A DNA stretch of 64,000 nt from Octopus vulgaris (taxonomy: Eukaryota), in NCBI GenBank assembly GCA_951406725.2, contig OX597817.1, forward strand, positions 51,088,001-51,152,000. The letters run 5' to 3'. How positions within the stretch are numbered: the first letter of the stretch is position 1; each line of letters begins with the position of its first letter. The position numbers and the translations under genes are program-made. This document shows, piece after piece, positions 1 through 14,209 of the stretch. The notes below the pieces were generated by a model that was not told the origin of the DNA, made no database searches, and saw only the letters and a list, made by a program, of their open reading frames with translations.

Positions 1-234
1 GTACAGTTCCTCTGATATATTGTGTTTTAACATAGCACGTCTATAACAGATTTTTATTTCGTATAGAATTGCTTTTAGAGAAAACCGCAGTAATTTGCCT
101 GTCAGCAACAAATGCATATTTTAAGTTAATGTGGCTTTATCTGGACTGGTGTGTATCCGTTTTGGAATATTAGTGAGTGTATGATTAATTATTTTCTATA
201 TATATATGAAACGATAAATCCTGTATAAGCATTT

Positions 235-530
235 GACGGTGATACACACGTCATTGATAAGACCTAGAAGCGTGACATGCATATAGCGTATTAGCTAGTC
301 GCTCCCATGTGTTTGTGTGTTTATCACCACCTCATCGCCTGACAACCAAGGCTGGACTTCTTCCTGTCGAGATTAATCTACCTCACGGCAAGAGGTGAAA
401 ATGGGGGTAGCTATATTAAACTCCATTCTACACCAAGTGTGATATGTTAAAGGAAGATTTCGGTAATAAAAGTGTAGCAAAACGGCGATGATCCAGCATG
501 GCCACAGCTATGACTGAAACTACAAAAAAA
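235..530 (+). mobile_element. Old, diverged family B-like SINE
   Basis: catcgcctgacaacc and tail ccagcatggccacagctatgactgaaac. Confidence 0.5.
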
Positions 531-1449
531 TAATAAAAAAAACTCAACAACACATAAATTTAAATTATTATAAATTATTTCATTTCTATTTGATTTCATT
601 TCTATTCACATATTCATTCCGCAATTCTACAAAGTTATTCAAATTTAAAATTACATAAGAATAATAAAAATAAGATGAAACTATTCTTTATTCCCACATT
701 GACTGAATCGTAGTCGTCAGACGCCAGATAACGTTTTTTTCAAATAGAGTCCTTTTGGAATATAATAAAGTTTCTGTGGGAGAACAATCTTACTCTTGTG
801 TTAGATGCTTTAAATGAATTTCCTCCTATTTAATATTTCAGAAAATTGTGTGAAAAATAGCAGATGTGGTGAATATATATTCCAATGCCTTATGTAGGGT
901 TTTATATAAAGGGATCAATATTTGTGATAATATATAACAATGATTTACAGGAAATAAGCAAATGTGAGAGGTGCGCCCTACGGATAGGGTATCGATTTTC
1001 AGATAACATTGCTTATTTGCTAAATATTTTATCAACTTTAAAGGGTTAAAATATACAGGGACGTCTTGAAATTTACTGACGCGTTATATTTCTAAGGTTT
1101 ACTTTCTTGACCATTCTCATATTTCTACTAAATACGAAATATACCTAATATTTTGTCAAAGATTAAATACACACACTAAAATAAGCAATAAGTGAATTTT
1201 GGATTGGTTGTCTTTTAAGTAGTTCTGGTGGCATATTTGTCCAAAAAGACAAGCTGTTTATTGATTTCAGTGATTATGGAGAAATGCCAGATATGCATTC
1301 AAGAATGAGACAATGAACAAAATATTCTGATTGGTTGGCTGATGACTGGTCTGTCCAGTAATGTCTGACTGTTTATTAGTTTTAATACACTGTTGATTTC
1401 ATTCGGGGAAGTCATTAAACGGTTGATTAGTTTTTGCTCTAGGAATGTG

Positions 1450-2390
1450 ATGTGATTTTTTAATACACTTCTATGTTTAATGGTGCATTTGTGCGTTTGT
1501 GTCCGTGTGCTTTTGTATGGGTGCGTGGTTTTGTTTAATTTTTTTTCAATAATTTATTGTAGTGACAAAAGTAAGAATATCAACATTAATATGCGGTGGT
1601 TAGTTGATTTGGTTCATTTGGGACTGTCATTTTTAAGTAATATTTTCTGTGCTTCGATCGAGTTGTTATACGCATCACTTAAAGTTTTTTTAACCAAATG
1701 TTTTATCACTTTTTTCGTTTGTTTGAATAATCCTTTGAAGATTTATGGAATGTGAAAATCTCAAATTATTTCTCTTTTCCTTCTTTTTTGTTTTGGTTTC
1801 GCACAGTGGGAAGCCAGCCCCGTAATTTTGCTTGTGTAATCTGCTGCTTATGTGTTCTTGCTCATTTACAATTGGAGTTACAACGTAATTTTCCTTGGAG
1901 GTGAGGAAGTGTATACAATAGAATCGATTTCCTGTTTTGCAGTTCATATTTCATTTGGAAAGAGAATCAGATTCCACATATGCTTTGGCTCCAGTTCCTA
2001 ATTGTTTGAATGAGAGATATAATCAAACGGACCTGAATAATGAAGAGAGCTTCAAACAAAATGTCCAGAGGAACATCTCACAGGTGTTGAATTTACGCCA
2101 GAGAATAAGTCTAAAATTGATGGAAAAATTTAGAGTTCTGCCCTGGCATCAATTCTACCCTTATGTGATGTTTCTCTAGATATCTTTTTTCAAGTTTCTT
2201 CTCAATTATTCAATTCCATTTGATTGTCCGTCTCATTTCTGGGTTTCGACATAGGATAGCTAGATTTGTTTTGACGGAGATGAATATATTTCTCATGTCA
2301 GGATCATGAGTGTGGTCATACGAAATGTTTTTTCTTTGATGCTCAATCGTTTTGCTTTTGCAACCACGTTGTCAATAAATTTCAAAGGAT
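1450..2390 (-). mobile_element. Decayed Penelope-like retroelement (linker/GIY-YIG region)
   Basis: Minus-strand fragments KFIDNVVAKAKRLSIKE, THDPDMRNIF and MNCKTGNRFYCIHFLTSKENYV...HKQ resemble Penelope linker and GIY-YIG segments; many stops and frameshifts; boundaries approximate. Confidence 0.4.
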
Positions 2391-2667
2391 ATTGATATAT
2401 AAAATGTATACACTACTATACACCACTACATACACATGATACGCATACACACACATACACGCACGCACACACACACACATATATCTATATATATATCTAT
2501 ATATATATATATACATATATATAAAATAAAACAAATGGGCTTTCAGATGTGTTTTTATTGGTGAACAACATGTAAATCTAACCATTTTCTTCAGAGGAAT
2601 TGAATATAAAAATTGAATTCAGCTTTTAACTTTTTCACACAAACAGTACAGAATTCATATTCACTCT

Positions 2668-2724
<57 letters not shown>

Positions 2725-3147
2725 GTGTTCCCTTAAGGTAAGTTCATAGGAAAAAGGTATTCCATTCAGTGAGCAATAGATATAATTTAAGGTACACATT
2801 ATAAAGTTACAAGCTGCTAATAGTCCTCAAGCAATATTCAGGCCCTCAGCAGATGGTCTATTCAATCTGCAAATGAGAACGCTGGCACAAGAATAATCAT
2901 GACAAACAAGGAAACGTAAGATGCACGCTTCCGTTTTTTACATTATTTTCTCGTTGCGTCTTTGCTTTTTTTTTGGGTCGTGACTTCTCATGTACAAGTA
3001 GGTGTAGCGTGATTTCCTTCTTCCTGCCTCTAAATGATTTTCGAGTCTAGCCCACCACTTGCCTACACCGTATTGCTAATGTATTGTACAATTATCTAAT
3101 ATGTATAAATCACAGTATGTATGTGTTTAATGACTAACGTATATATT

Positions 3148-3577
3148 TCCACAATTGTCAACCGATTTTCACCAAACTTTAAACACACATGACATATGAC
3201 CCATTTTGCCCAGAGCTTTCACGTAAATGGACGTAAATGGACATAGTATTTTTGTATGTAAGGTCTCTATACTTCTTAAATATTTTTATAAACGCAAAAG
3301 GATTCTGTCTTTTTATTTCGTCTGTCCACCTGCGACGGTGATTAAATTGATTAAGAACACTGAACACATACATTCCCACAATTCTCAACTGATTTTTACC
3401 AAACTAAACACGCACATTACTAATGTCCCAAGGATGGTCATGCACTATGATATTTTGCCCAGAGCTCCCACATAAATATAGTCTTTTTGCATGTAGGCTC
3501 TTCCATACCTTTTTAACATTTTTATAAAAGTTAAGGGATTTTGTCTATTTATTTATTTCAATTGTCCACCTGTGACG
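3148..3577 (+). repeat. Two diverged ~200-bp direct repeats, Helentron/HINE-like internal unit
   Basis: ccacaatt.tcaac.gatttt.accaaact...attttgcccagagct...tgtccacctg.gacg occurs at 3148-3340 and 3374-3577. Confidence 0.55.
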
Positions 3578-4199
3578 AACTTTGGCAAGCTAACTTTTAC
3601 CTGTTCTAAGTTACTTGAAAGATGATGATATCTTCCCTCTCTTCTATTTGTTGATAGCTTTGTTTACCTACTAGTGCGTTGTTTCACTTTAAGGATTATT
3701 ATTTACCCATCCATTATGATATTTCGACTGTTCTCCATTGTTTCAAATACGTTTTATCTTTGTCGTTCTAGCCTTTCTTAAGCAATCACATATGATTCGT
3801 CCCAAAGAATCAACCTTTAAGTAAGAGTTTTGCTTCCACTAGTGAAATCTATACATATCTTCCAGAAAGCTCCATACAAATTTAACTTTATACGGCATTC
3901 GCTGTTAGTTTATTTGCAAGCTATGTGGGAAGACAAAATAAATGGGCTTTTGTTAACCTATCTCTTCGAAAAAAAATAGCTCCTATTGCTGGTGAATAAA
4001 ATAAACTCGCAGAGTTCAATTTCCTTACACCATCTATGTGGCTGTTTCTGACAAGAGATTTCAATTTCATGTAGAACTATATTTTGTAGTCATTATTCGT
4101 AATCTACCCCCAAAACACTTAACTAACATTATGTATATGAGCATGTGTGTGTACTTTTGTGTCCGTTTGTCAGTCTGTGGGTCTGTATGTGCGTGTGTG

Positions 4200-4366
4200 C
4201 ATGTGTATGCGTGAGCATGTGTGTATATGTGTGTGTGTCTTTCTGTCTGTGTTTGTCCTCCACCACCAAATGACAACTTGTTTTGCTTTATTTATGTCCA
4301 CATAAGATAGCATTTCCACATAGGATTTCGACAGAATAAGTACGAGACTTAAATATAAATACTTAG
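4200..4366 (+). mobile_element. SINE family B internal fragment
   Basis: gtctgtgtttgtcc...agaataagtac matches 56590-56700. Confidence 0.55.
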
Positions 4367-4369
4367 CCA

Positions 4370-4808
4370 CAAAGAATAATCTCTAATTCGAGCCTACTCT
4401 AAGCTACTAAGAATGCGTGTGGCAACTTGAAGATCCACCCACAACACGCGATAGACTGGCGGTTGCACGGACGCAAAAGCTACGTTGTTATACTCATTCC
4501 GTAAACGGTGGCTTTTAACGTGTGGAGAGCTGAACCATCCTGGGGTACAGAGGATTCGCAATCTAGACTACAGTCTGAAAATTTACCACACCATAGTGGG
4601 TTACACCATTGTTCCTCTGCTTTGTGGCAGAAGTAGGAAGAGTGAGAGAACTTGTGGTGAAAGAGTACAGCGAGGTTCTCCGCCTTCCACCGGCCGGAGC
4701 ATCGTGGAGCTTAGGCTCAATAAACACGCACAATGCCCGGTCTGGAAATCGAAACCGCGTTCTTACGACCGCGAGTCCGCTTTCCTACCACTGGGCCATT
4801 GCGCTTCC
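4370..4808 (-). mobile_element. tRNA-derived SINE with family C head, body variant 1
   Basis: Head gcgcaatggcccagtggtagg...gtttcgatttccagaccggg shared with 49609; the 3' body is unique in the window; 3' boundary uncertain. Confidence 0.7.
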
Positions 4809-5650
4809 ACACCTTGCTGCTTTTGTCGTCGTCGTTCCCACCATCAATTTGGTGAAATTTCAATTTATGCAGACAGTATTTCCGCTACCTCTATTAGTGA
4901 AGCTCTTAAATCGTAATATAATTATTTTTACGTTGGGAGGAATATTTTAAATTTTCAATCAAATTTTAGTTTTTTTTACAAAATTTCAATCCAAGTTTTA
5001 ATTTCTTTGTTCAGCTTCATTTCATTTTCAATGAAAATTACGCAAAAGTACTCGGAGAAAATTAAATAATGCGAATGTCAAGTCACATTTTCCAAATAGT
5101 TTTTTACATAGTGTGCACTTGTAATATAATAGGTTATAAACTTTGAAAAGTTATACTTCTGGAGCGATACATTGCTTTATCTAAATTTGTATTTTAGTTT
5201 TCTAATAATTTACAACTTTTTCCAACGTCTGAGATTTTTGTTTTCTTTACAGAAAGCTTTTGTTAATTAGTTATGATTAGGCAACTTTTATTAAAGTCAA
5301 CAATAATCAAAGTCTACACTGTCTAGGATATTCTAAAAAATTCCAATTGTAAAGTATTTTTATTAACATATGGTTTGCAAATTTCATTAATTATTGAAGA
5401 TTTCAACTATATGATAGAATAAGGCAATGGAGTTTAAATCACTGCAGAATAATCGGTCAAGTTTAACTTCCTGTTCTTTCTCTGTCTCTTCCCTCCCTTA
5501 CACTTACTTTATTTGTATCTTTTCCTTCTTTCTTTCCAACTTTTCTTTGTTTAACGCTTCTGTTCTTGTTGGTTTTTCAATTTCCATATTATAGCAGTTA
5601 ATCTATCACTTTATTCTCCAATCTTTTCTTCTGTTTTTCGATATTTTACT

Positions 5651-5699
<49 letters not shown>

Positions 5700-7417
5700 C
5701 TATCTCTCTCGCATATTTTGTTTGTATCTTTTCCCCTGTTATTTGTTTTAATACATTTGTCTTTTGGTCCTTCGCTTTTCTTTTCCGTTGTTTCTTCGTT
5801 TGCCTATCTCTCTATCTCTGTCTCTCATGGTCGAAGTGAGAGAATTACGAAAGTGACGCAAATTATATATCCCTTGATGTTTCAAAATACAATAGCTTCA
5901 AAGAGAATTTTAATGAGATATACTGTCCCTAGTGCAGGAATTTTGATTGCGGTGTAGCTCCGAATGCTTGGAGCTATAAGCTGAGTACAAGACTTGATAT
6001 ATAAATAGTGTTTCAATGAGAGTAACTAGAAATACTTATTACAGAAATCCAAGAAAGAAACGAGAAATTATGGACAGAATTGGCTATGTGTACGAATCGA
6101 ATTTAAGTGGTGTGATTACAGAGTACAACTTAGACTGTTTTTGTTTCTCACTGAGGGTCTCGAAAAATCGATAAAGTAGTTACCAATATTCTAAAAGGAT
6201 GTGCTTAATCGCCTAGACATTCTTATCAACTAAAAAACAAGACATTCTTATCAACTAAAAAACAATTTCTCAATGTTGGGAACAACATTATCAGTCACTG
6301 CTTTTGTTACAAATATGAAAGTTTTACTTCATCATTTCCTCTTACGTAAGAACTCAGCATTTGCCAAAAACATTCTTTGCTGAAAAAATAAAGTTGTAGA
6401 TATAATTATTTCCTGTGAAAATCCAAGAAAATCATGAAAATGACATACACCAAAAAATTGGTATACATAAAAAGATATTCACGTAAATATTATCGTATTT
6501 AGAAAGTGCGTGAATATATGTAAAATGTTCATGACGGAATTAGTAAACAAAAAATAAAAGAAATGGAAACGACCCGGAGGCAGAACATATTTTCGAGGAA
6601 AATACTTAATTAAAGTATTAAAAGAAACGAGGATAAAAGTAAAAGTTTCACAGTTAGAGACAAAAATCTGATGGTACTAAACCACTCAACAATGCATACT
6701 TGAGGAAGAAAATTTATTTCAGCATTAATAAATATAGTTTAAAAGTAAACAAACTGAAATATATTTTAAACTCCAGACAGCACAAAAACGGTTAAATAAA
6801 CATAGACTCATAAGATAACAAACACGTGTAGTTTGTGATAGTCACATCAAGTTATAAGCTGTTGATTGTCGATAACTTTATAGTCAGCGTTAATCTGGTT
6901 ACAGATGTTCAATATGTATTGTTTATTTATACGTAGGTTATCGAATGTTCTATGAAAACATTAAAGCCAAACTGTAGCTTCTGTATCCTAGCAACTGTGA
7001 ACAGTTTTTAGCTATTTATATGTTCCCTAATATTTATATGTAACTGTTGAGTACAGCAGCATATTCAAAATAATGCAATACATTAAAATTTAATAGATCA
7101 CAGTTCATACGCTGAAAAGTATTTGTCTTCATGTCTAATCGGTTAGGTTTCCAGTGAACGTATAACCTTTTACAATCGCGTATATTTATATATTATTTTT
7201 CAGGATAGGTGGCTTCATAACGAGGGCAGGAATTATGGAGCTCTGTGTTTGGTTCTTCTTTGTGTAGAATCCATATCAACTGAATCTAATTGCATTGGTA
7301 ACAGAATCATTTTCATCAAGGGTAGTTCTATAAGATTATTGTCATTTTCCACCAAACTTTTCGTAAAACAAAAACAAATAAATCCTTTCCCGATTATATG
7401 TATGTTTATCTCTGTCT

Positions 7418-7451
<34 letters not shown>

Positions 7452-7453
<2 letters not shown>

Positions 7454-7606
7454 GACGGGCTACTTTCAGTTTCAGTTTCCCTCTACAAGGTTTTGGTCGG
7501 CCCGAGGCTATAGTAGAAGACACTTGTCCAAGGGGCCACGCAGTGGCACTGAACCCGGAATCATGTGGTTCGTAAGCAAGCTACTTCCTACACAGCCACT
7601 CCTACA

Positions 7607-7608
<2 letters not shown>
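7452..7608 (-). mobile_element. SINE family B 5' portion, between (TA)n tracts
   Basis: Reverse-complement match to 56393-56557. Confidence 0.8.
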
Positions 7609-7665
<57 letters not shown>

Positions 7666-8347
7666 TTTCAATATGATTAATTTCTTTGTAGTTACGCAAA
7701 GATTTTGCACTAACATAGATTTATCTCAAAATTGATGAACAAACTTGATGTAGAAGATGTTTTATGCAAAATTTTCTTTTGCGGCCATCGGAAGTTCAAA
7801 GAGATGGAAAATGCCCAGTATTTATCCAAGAAAGAATCTCTCTATAATTGATGTTAATTTGACCAATAACATGGTACAGAGGCGTGTATATAAACTGTGT
7901 TGCAGTTTGGTTGAAAAATTACTAGTTGCAGTTAGAAACAATATGAAGCTAATTTGATCCAGGCCGTTGCGAAATGTAATAAAATATGAAGATTAAAGGA
8001 GTCCACAGTATAGAGTATAAGATTTAGGAACAAATCATGAGCTGACCAACAAGGGTGATGTTATCTACATAGTTTTCGTTTTAACAAATCCAATAAAGCA
8101 GTCTCATAGTGTGTTACTTAACCAGTCACTGCCTAATGTTCTCTCAGTAAATATAATTTGATGGTATTACTTTTGCTGTGCGTTGTGGTATATTTTGAGG
8201 CCAGCTTCATAAATCCATCGATGTCATGTAGTCGTGCTTTAGTCCATATATAACTAAAATTAAGAGAATATCTCAATACTGATATATATCAAAAAAGAAA
8301 TTATCTGCTTCCGGGCATGGAAAGAAGTGAATATATTTCATATCAAA

Positions 8348-8593
8348 GGCGATGAGCTGGCAGAAACGTTAGCACGCCGGGCGAAATGCGTAGCCGTATT
8401 TCGTCTGCCGCTACGTTCTGAGTTCAAATTCCGCCGAGGTCGACTTTGCCTTTCATCCTTTCGGGGTCGATTAAATAAGTACTAGTAAATCACTGGGATC
8501 TATATAATCGACTTAATCCGTTTGTCTGTCCTTGTTTCTCCTCTCTGTGTTTAGCCCCGTGTGGGTAGTAAAGAAATAAGTATTTCGTCTGCC
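8348..8593 (+). mobile_element. tRNA-derived SINE, family A, tail type 1
   Basis: Head gagctggcagaaacgttagcacgccgggcgaaatg, B-box-like gagttcaaattcc, core gcctttcatcctttcggggtcgat; many copies in the window. Confidence 0.85.
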
Positions 8594-9200
8594 CTCGACT
8601 ATCGCGGGTGTTACTTTTCAAAATCCCCGAGAGAAGTGAAAATGTAGAAACAGCACTATATTGTATATTTTGTTCATTATTTTTATAATTTGTATATATT
8701 TATTATATAATAAATGCTAAACAATACCACGAAGAAGCGATGTAAGCTTAAATAATAAAGCGTGATGGCGATACGGCTTGAATAATCAAGCGCGATGGCG
8801 ATACGGCGAGTGTTTAGTGTATATTTATACATATATTCCGTTGAGTGAATGTGTGCGTATATCTGTGTGTCTGTCTGCCTGTCTGCGTTCACGCGCGCAA
8901 AACAGAGATAGCCATCCAATCACAACACGAGACAAGGTTATAGATTTGAAATTAAAAACTACTAATGACAAGATCCACATACTTTAGATTTTGAATTTTA
9001 TTCCATCGATTACGAAGATTTTGTAAATTTTAGTTGGCAGTAATCATGTTGAACAATTTCTCGTTTTTTTTTTAAACCGACAATATGATATAACCTGTAA
9101 TATATGAATTAGATATATTTTACGAATTGAGACAGTTCATTAAAACTAAATATTAGATTAATTACTGTAGGAAATTCACGGAACTTTTACGTTCATATAT

Positions 9201-9500
9201 TAAAGACTCCGCCGGTTACGACGACGAGGGTCCCAGCTGATACGATCAACGGAACAGCTTGCTCGTGAAATTAACGTGCAAATGGCTGAGCATTCCACAG
9301 ACACGTGTACCCTTAACGTAGATCTCGGGGATAATCAGCGTGACACAGAGAGTGACAAGGCTGACCCTTGTCAGCTGAGTGGACTGGAGCAACGTGAAAT
9401 AAAGTGTCTTGCTCAAGGACACAACGCGTCGCCGGGAATCGAACTCACAACCTTACGATCATGAGCCGAATGCCCTAACCACTAAGCCACGCGCCCTCAC
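9201..9500 (-). mobile_element. tRNA-derived SINE, family D, with 13-bp TSD
   Basis: Head gggcgcgtggcttagtggttaggg...gagttcgattccc; TSD tacgttcatatat at 9188-9200 and 9501-9513. Confidence 0.9.
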
Positions 9501-9779
9501 TACGTTCATATATATATAAACTTGAAAACTTAAAAGTATATTTCCAAAAGTTTCACTCGTCACCGTTTTTTAACTTAAAAAAGGATGTGTATCCGTCCTG
9601 ATGTAATCGTCCAGCACACTTACCAAGAAAATCGAAGGTGTGGGTTCGATTCTCAACCTTCTAACGACCATGTTTCTCCATTGGTAGGTAAATATGCCCC
9701 AATATTAGAGTATTTTCTATAGTCAACATACAGTGAAAACGACCAATGCACAAACACACACACACATATATATTTCATT

Positions 9780-10142
9780 TATTCTTTTGTTCTTTTGTTT
9801 CTTTCTCTCATCTGACTGCGGCCATGCTTGAGCACCGCTTTTAGTCGAAAAAATCGACCTAAGGTCTTATTCTTTATAACCTATGTACCAATTCTATTGG
9901 TCTCTTTCGCCGAACTGCTAAAGTACTGGTACATAAACATACCAATATCGGTTGTGAAACAGAGACAGATAAATATGTACGACGTGCTTCTTTCAGTTTC
10001 CGCCTTCCAAATTCACTCACTAGATTTCGGTCGGTCCGAGGCTATAGTAGAATACACCTGCCCAAGTTGCCACGTAGTGGGATTGAACCGAAACCAATTG
10101 GTTGGGATGTAAGTTCTAACTACACAGCCACATCTGCGCCTA
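9780..10142 (-). mobile_element. SINE family B, near full length
   Basis: Tail tgactgcggccatgct through head acacagccacatctgcgcct. Confidence 0.8.
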
Positions 10143-10385
10143 TATAATACATATGTGTTTATTACAATATAATGTATGTATATCCATGTGTGAACATACG
10201 TGTGCCTGAAAGGGTCCTACTGCATCACTACATGATATCCTGTTGCTTATCTTTTTGTATATATATATATATATATATATATATGCTATATGTATTTATT
10301 TATTTCTAAAAGCAGATCTTTATATTTCGTTTTTGGATTTGCTTTGCAAAATTCTTTGTGTGTTCGTGTGTTGAAACATATTCTG

Positions 10386-10658
10386 TTGTGTCTGAGGAGA
10401 GTCATTCTCTTTTGGTACCTTATAATTTAACACACACACCGGTAAAATTTCCACTAATTTTTTTTTCTTTTTCTTTAAAATTTTCGTTGCCTCTTGCAAG
10501 CTTTTCAATAGTTTTCATTCTAAACTATTGAAAGGGTTGAAAGATGCAACGAAAATTATAGAAAAAATGTTTAAATAAAAAAGAATTAAAAAGAAACTTT
10601 ACCGGTGAGTGTCTTAAATTATAAGGCACCAAAAGAGAATGACTCTCCCGAGACACAA
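10386..10658. repeat. Imperfect ~130-bp inverted repeat (hairpin), 7-nt spacer
   Basis: ggagagtcattctcttttggt.ccttataatttaa vs ttaaattataagg.accaaaagagaatgactctcc; centre caatagttt-tcattct-aaactattg. Confidence 0.85.
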
Positions 10659-11845
10659 TACATCTTTATAAGTATTCATTTGTTCTCGTGTGAGTCAATT
10701 CCTCACGAATTAAAAATCTCACGTTCGATTGTAGATAGGGCGCAATCATAGAGAAACTTTAGCTTTAAATAAAAAATGCAAACTGGCCATTGTTTGAACG
10801 AAATATTTTTAGTCTAGTTAATAACACGCTGAACAAAACAGAAGTTTTATCGCTTTGTATACATGCTATTAAGTATCTCCTACATTAATACGAGCCTCAT
10901 TCTTCGGAAACAAAAAGATTTTGGTTAAATTTTTTTTGTACGTGTGGTTACTTGTCCATGTACGTGTTTTTTAATATAAGCGTGTGCATATGTGTGTATG
11001 TTTGTAAGCATATATGATTATGTAATATATGTACGCATGACTGTGCATAAATGCGTACATATATGTCTGCGGGGATGCGAGCAAAGCGCACATGCTCAAA
11101 AATATTCATTGATTTTAAAACTATTGATATAAAAATATTAATTGAAACTATTTCTTAAACGTATTACTTAAAAGGAACATTTTAAAAAATTTACTGAAAC
11201 GGCAACGGAATTTCACAAGGAAAATTAAGAGAATTACTTCGTTCAAGACATATGGAATATTATCACAAGAACCTGAAAGGAAATCAAATATATGAACTTG
11301 AAGCAACTATTTTTGCATTTGTCGCTCACAAGGTTTCTTTTTTGTTTTCTAAAACAAAAGAACATAAAAATAAACGCTTTTTTCGAATTTTCATTTCATA
11401 TTTCTAACAAAATTTCACCGAATATTTCATGACAAAAGCAGGTTCGGTTTATCAGCTGATTAAAGGAGCAACTTAGAAAACGGAATTGGAGCCTTTCGTT
11501 TATAATGTCTTAAAGAATATTCTAGTCTTGCATTAGAACCTGTACAACTCTAGTTAGCGATGTAAACAAGATTTTTTATATGTACCAAAAGCCCATATGA
11601 GACATTCCCTCATAGTAACTATCGCAGAAATCTATGTTCTAACAAAACGCCCAGTTTTAAGTGGGGATCAATATATACATAAAAATGCACACATGCATAC
11701 ACGCTGCATATACTCACCCCACAAACATATATATGTATATAGTAAAAGCAACAGCATGGCCACAGTCAAATGACCAAAACAAGTAAATGAAGAAAGCATA
11801 TGCTCATATTTCGAGTTCTACTTTTTCTGTTTGTATTATCAAACC

Positions 11846-12096
11846 TATGTATGTATATATGTATGTACGTATGTATGTATGCATATATGTATGTATGTAC
11901 GTATGTATGTATGTATGCATATATGTATGTATGCATGTATGTATGTATGTATGTATGTATGCATGCATGTATGTACGTATGTATGTATGTACGTATGTAT
12001 GTGTGAATGTATGTATGCATGTATGCATGTACGTATGTATGTATGTTTGTATGTATGCATATATGTATGCATGTATGCATATATGTATGTATGTTG

Positions 12097-12130
<34 letters not shown>

Positions 12131-12262
12131 TGTATGTATGTATGTATGTATGTATGTATGCATGTATATATGTATGTATGTATGCATGCATGCATACATA
12201 CATACATACATACATACATACATACATACATACATACATACATACATACATACATACATACA

Positions 12263-12292
<30 letters not shown>
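11846..12292. repeat. (TATG)n followed by (CATA)n microsatellite
   Basis: Direct reading; polarity switches at gcatgcatgc near 12188. Confidence 0.95.
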
Positions 12293-12293
<1 letters not shown>

Positions 12294-12654
12294 GTCTCAG
12301 TAAAGACTTGACATAGATTCTTGCAGATTATCGGAGAAATTATTTATAAGCGTAATAAGCTAAGGTTTTTTTTTTTATTTTGAAATCATATATTTTCCAC
12401 TTATGCAAACAGATGTGTAGCGACGGGCATTCGATTATCTAAAACTCTTTAGTACTAAGAGGTATTTCAATGGATAATTCTAGTCGATAAATCAAGTCGA
12501 TAATGTTCTAAGCCAAGCGTATTGAATATCGTTCAGCTTTAACAAAAGGTTATAAGAAATTACTTTGAATAAAAACGGTACACAATGCCGACAAGAAGAG
12601 AATAATAAAATAAGAGTATAACATGAAATTAAAGAATATGTGACAATGCGTATC

Positions 12655-12706
<52 letters not shown>

Positions 12707-12708
<2 letters not shown>

Positions 12709-12897
12709 CGTTTTTTTTCCCTCTGTTCGCCCACATCGGGATCTTACTTTCTTCTTTCTTCCTTCTCTTATGTTTCCGACGAAGAGCTCCGCTCGAAACG
12801 TCATACCCTCCTTCTTCCATTTTCCTGAGCGCCTAATAATAATAATACTGTAATTGTTCCACGTGTTGTTGTTTTTTCTGTTTTCCCGTTTGGATTA

Positions 12898-12900
<3 letters not shown>
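12707..12900 (+). mobile_element. Penelope-like terminal-repeat fragment with a mutated minimal hammerhead (12776-12802)
   Basis: CCGACGA-a-gagc-tcc-gctc-GAAA-cg-TC; flanked on both sides by (TA)n; related to 46858-47030 (minus). Confidence 0.45.
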
Positions 12901-12934
<34 letters not shown>

Positions 12935-13063
12935 GAAATATGTTACAAAAAGAAAATAGAAATTACACTAAGGGGAAAGTAAGAAAAATATTCTAAAATT
13001 CAAGGGGAAAGAATATATATAAATGTATGTCTGTATGTATGTGTGTGTATGTGTGTATGTATG

Positions 13064-13111
<48 letters not shown>

Positions 13112-13640
13112 TGCATATATGTGTATATGCACATATGTATATATACATTTATATATATATACATATACTCCACACATTTCTGTCTCTCATTCATTCTCTC
13201 CTCTTGTTCTTTACACACACACACACACATACATTAGAAACGTACTGTTGATCACCGAGGCGGATAGCACACTCTTTAAAGGAATTTAAGTGAAAATCTG
13301 GAAATAGTGGTTTCCTATTGACTTACAGGTAGCCATTTAGCAAGGAAATATTCCTGATATGCTAAATAAGATGACCACCTTATATGATTTGAGAAAGACC
13401 AGTCTTCAAGGGAAGGCATTTATTGTTTTCATTCTTATGAATGTAACATTTCCTCAGAAAGGATAACTCGTACAGCACATCTTTAAATATGGCCGCATCT
13501 GAGATTTAATAACAAACTGACGCAGCCATGGCTACGGAACCAGTCGGCTTCAGGTTCAGTCCCATTATGTGGCACCATGGACATGTGTTTTAAAAGGAAT
13601 ATATTAAATGCTCTCGAAATATAATTGCTGGGTTTGACTT

Positions 13641-14028
13641 CAGAAACGTTAGCACGCCTGGCGAAATGCTGAGCGTTACGTTGTGAGTTCAAATTCCGCC
13701 GAGGTCGACTTTGCCTTTCATCCTTTCGGGGTCGATAAATTAAGTACCAGTTCCGGACTGGGGTCGATGTAATCGACTTAATACCCATGTCTGTCCTTGT
13801 TTGTCCTCTCTGTGTTTAGCCCCTTGTGGGTAATAAAGAAATAGGTATTTCGTCTGCCATTACGTTCTGAGTTCAAATTCCGCCGAGGTCGACTTTGCCT
13901 TTCATCCTTTCGGGGTCGATTAAATAAGTGCCAGTTACGCACTGGGGTCGATGCAATCGACTTAATCTCTTTGTCTGTCCTTGTACGTCCTGTCTATGTT
14001 TCGCACCCTGCGGGCAATAAAGAAATAA
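13641..14028 (+). mobile_element. SINE family A, tandem dimer
   Basis: Two ~185-bp body units joined at aaagaaataggtatttcgtctgcc. Confidence 0.85.
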
Positions 14029-14209
14029 ATATTACATTTTATACGAATCGATGCAAGCAGTAACTAGCCTGTCCTGAATCCATTTAGACCGATATTCTAA
14101 CAAGGGTTTGGTGAAGGTTTTTGCACTTGAAATGAGTCACAAATTCTGATAAGGTACTCGCTGCCAACCAAAACTATATATGTGCGTGTGCGCGCATGTG
14201 TGTGTGTGA

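Noticed and set aside
4485-4950. 143-aa and 113-aa ORFs
   Set aside because: They lie mostly on the antisense strand of a SINE.
6216-6265. 25-bp perfect tandem duplication (similar small ones at 8760-8808 and 16432-16470)
   Set aside because: Ordinary slippage duplications with no sign of function.
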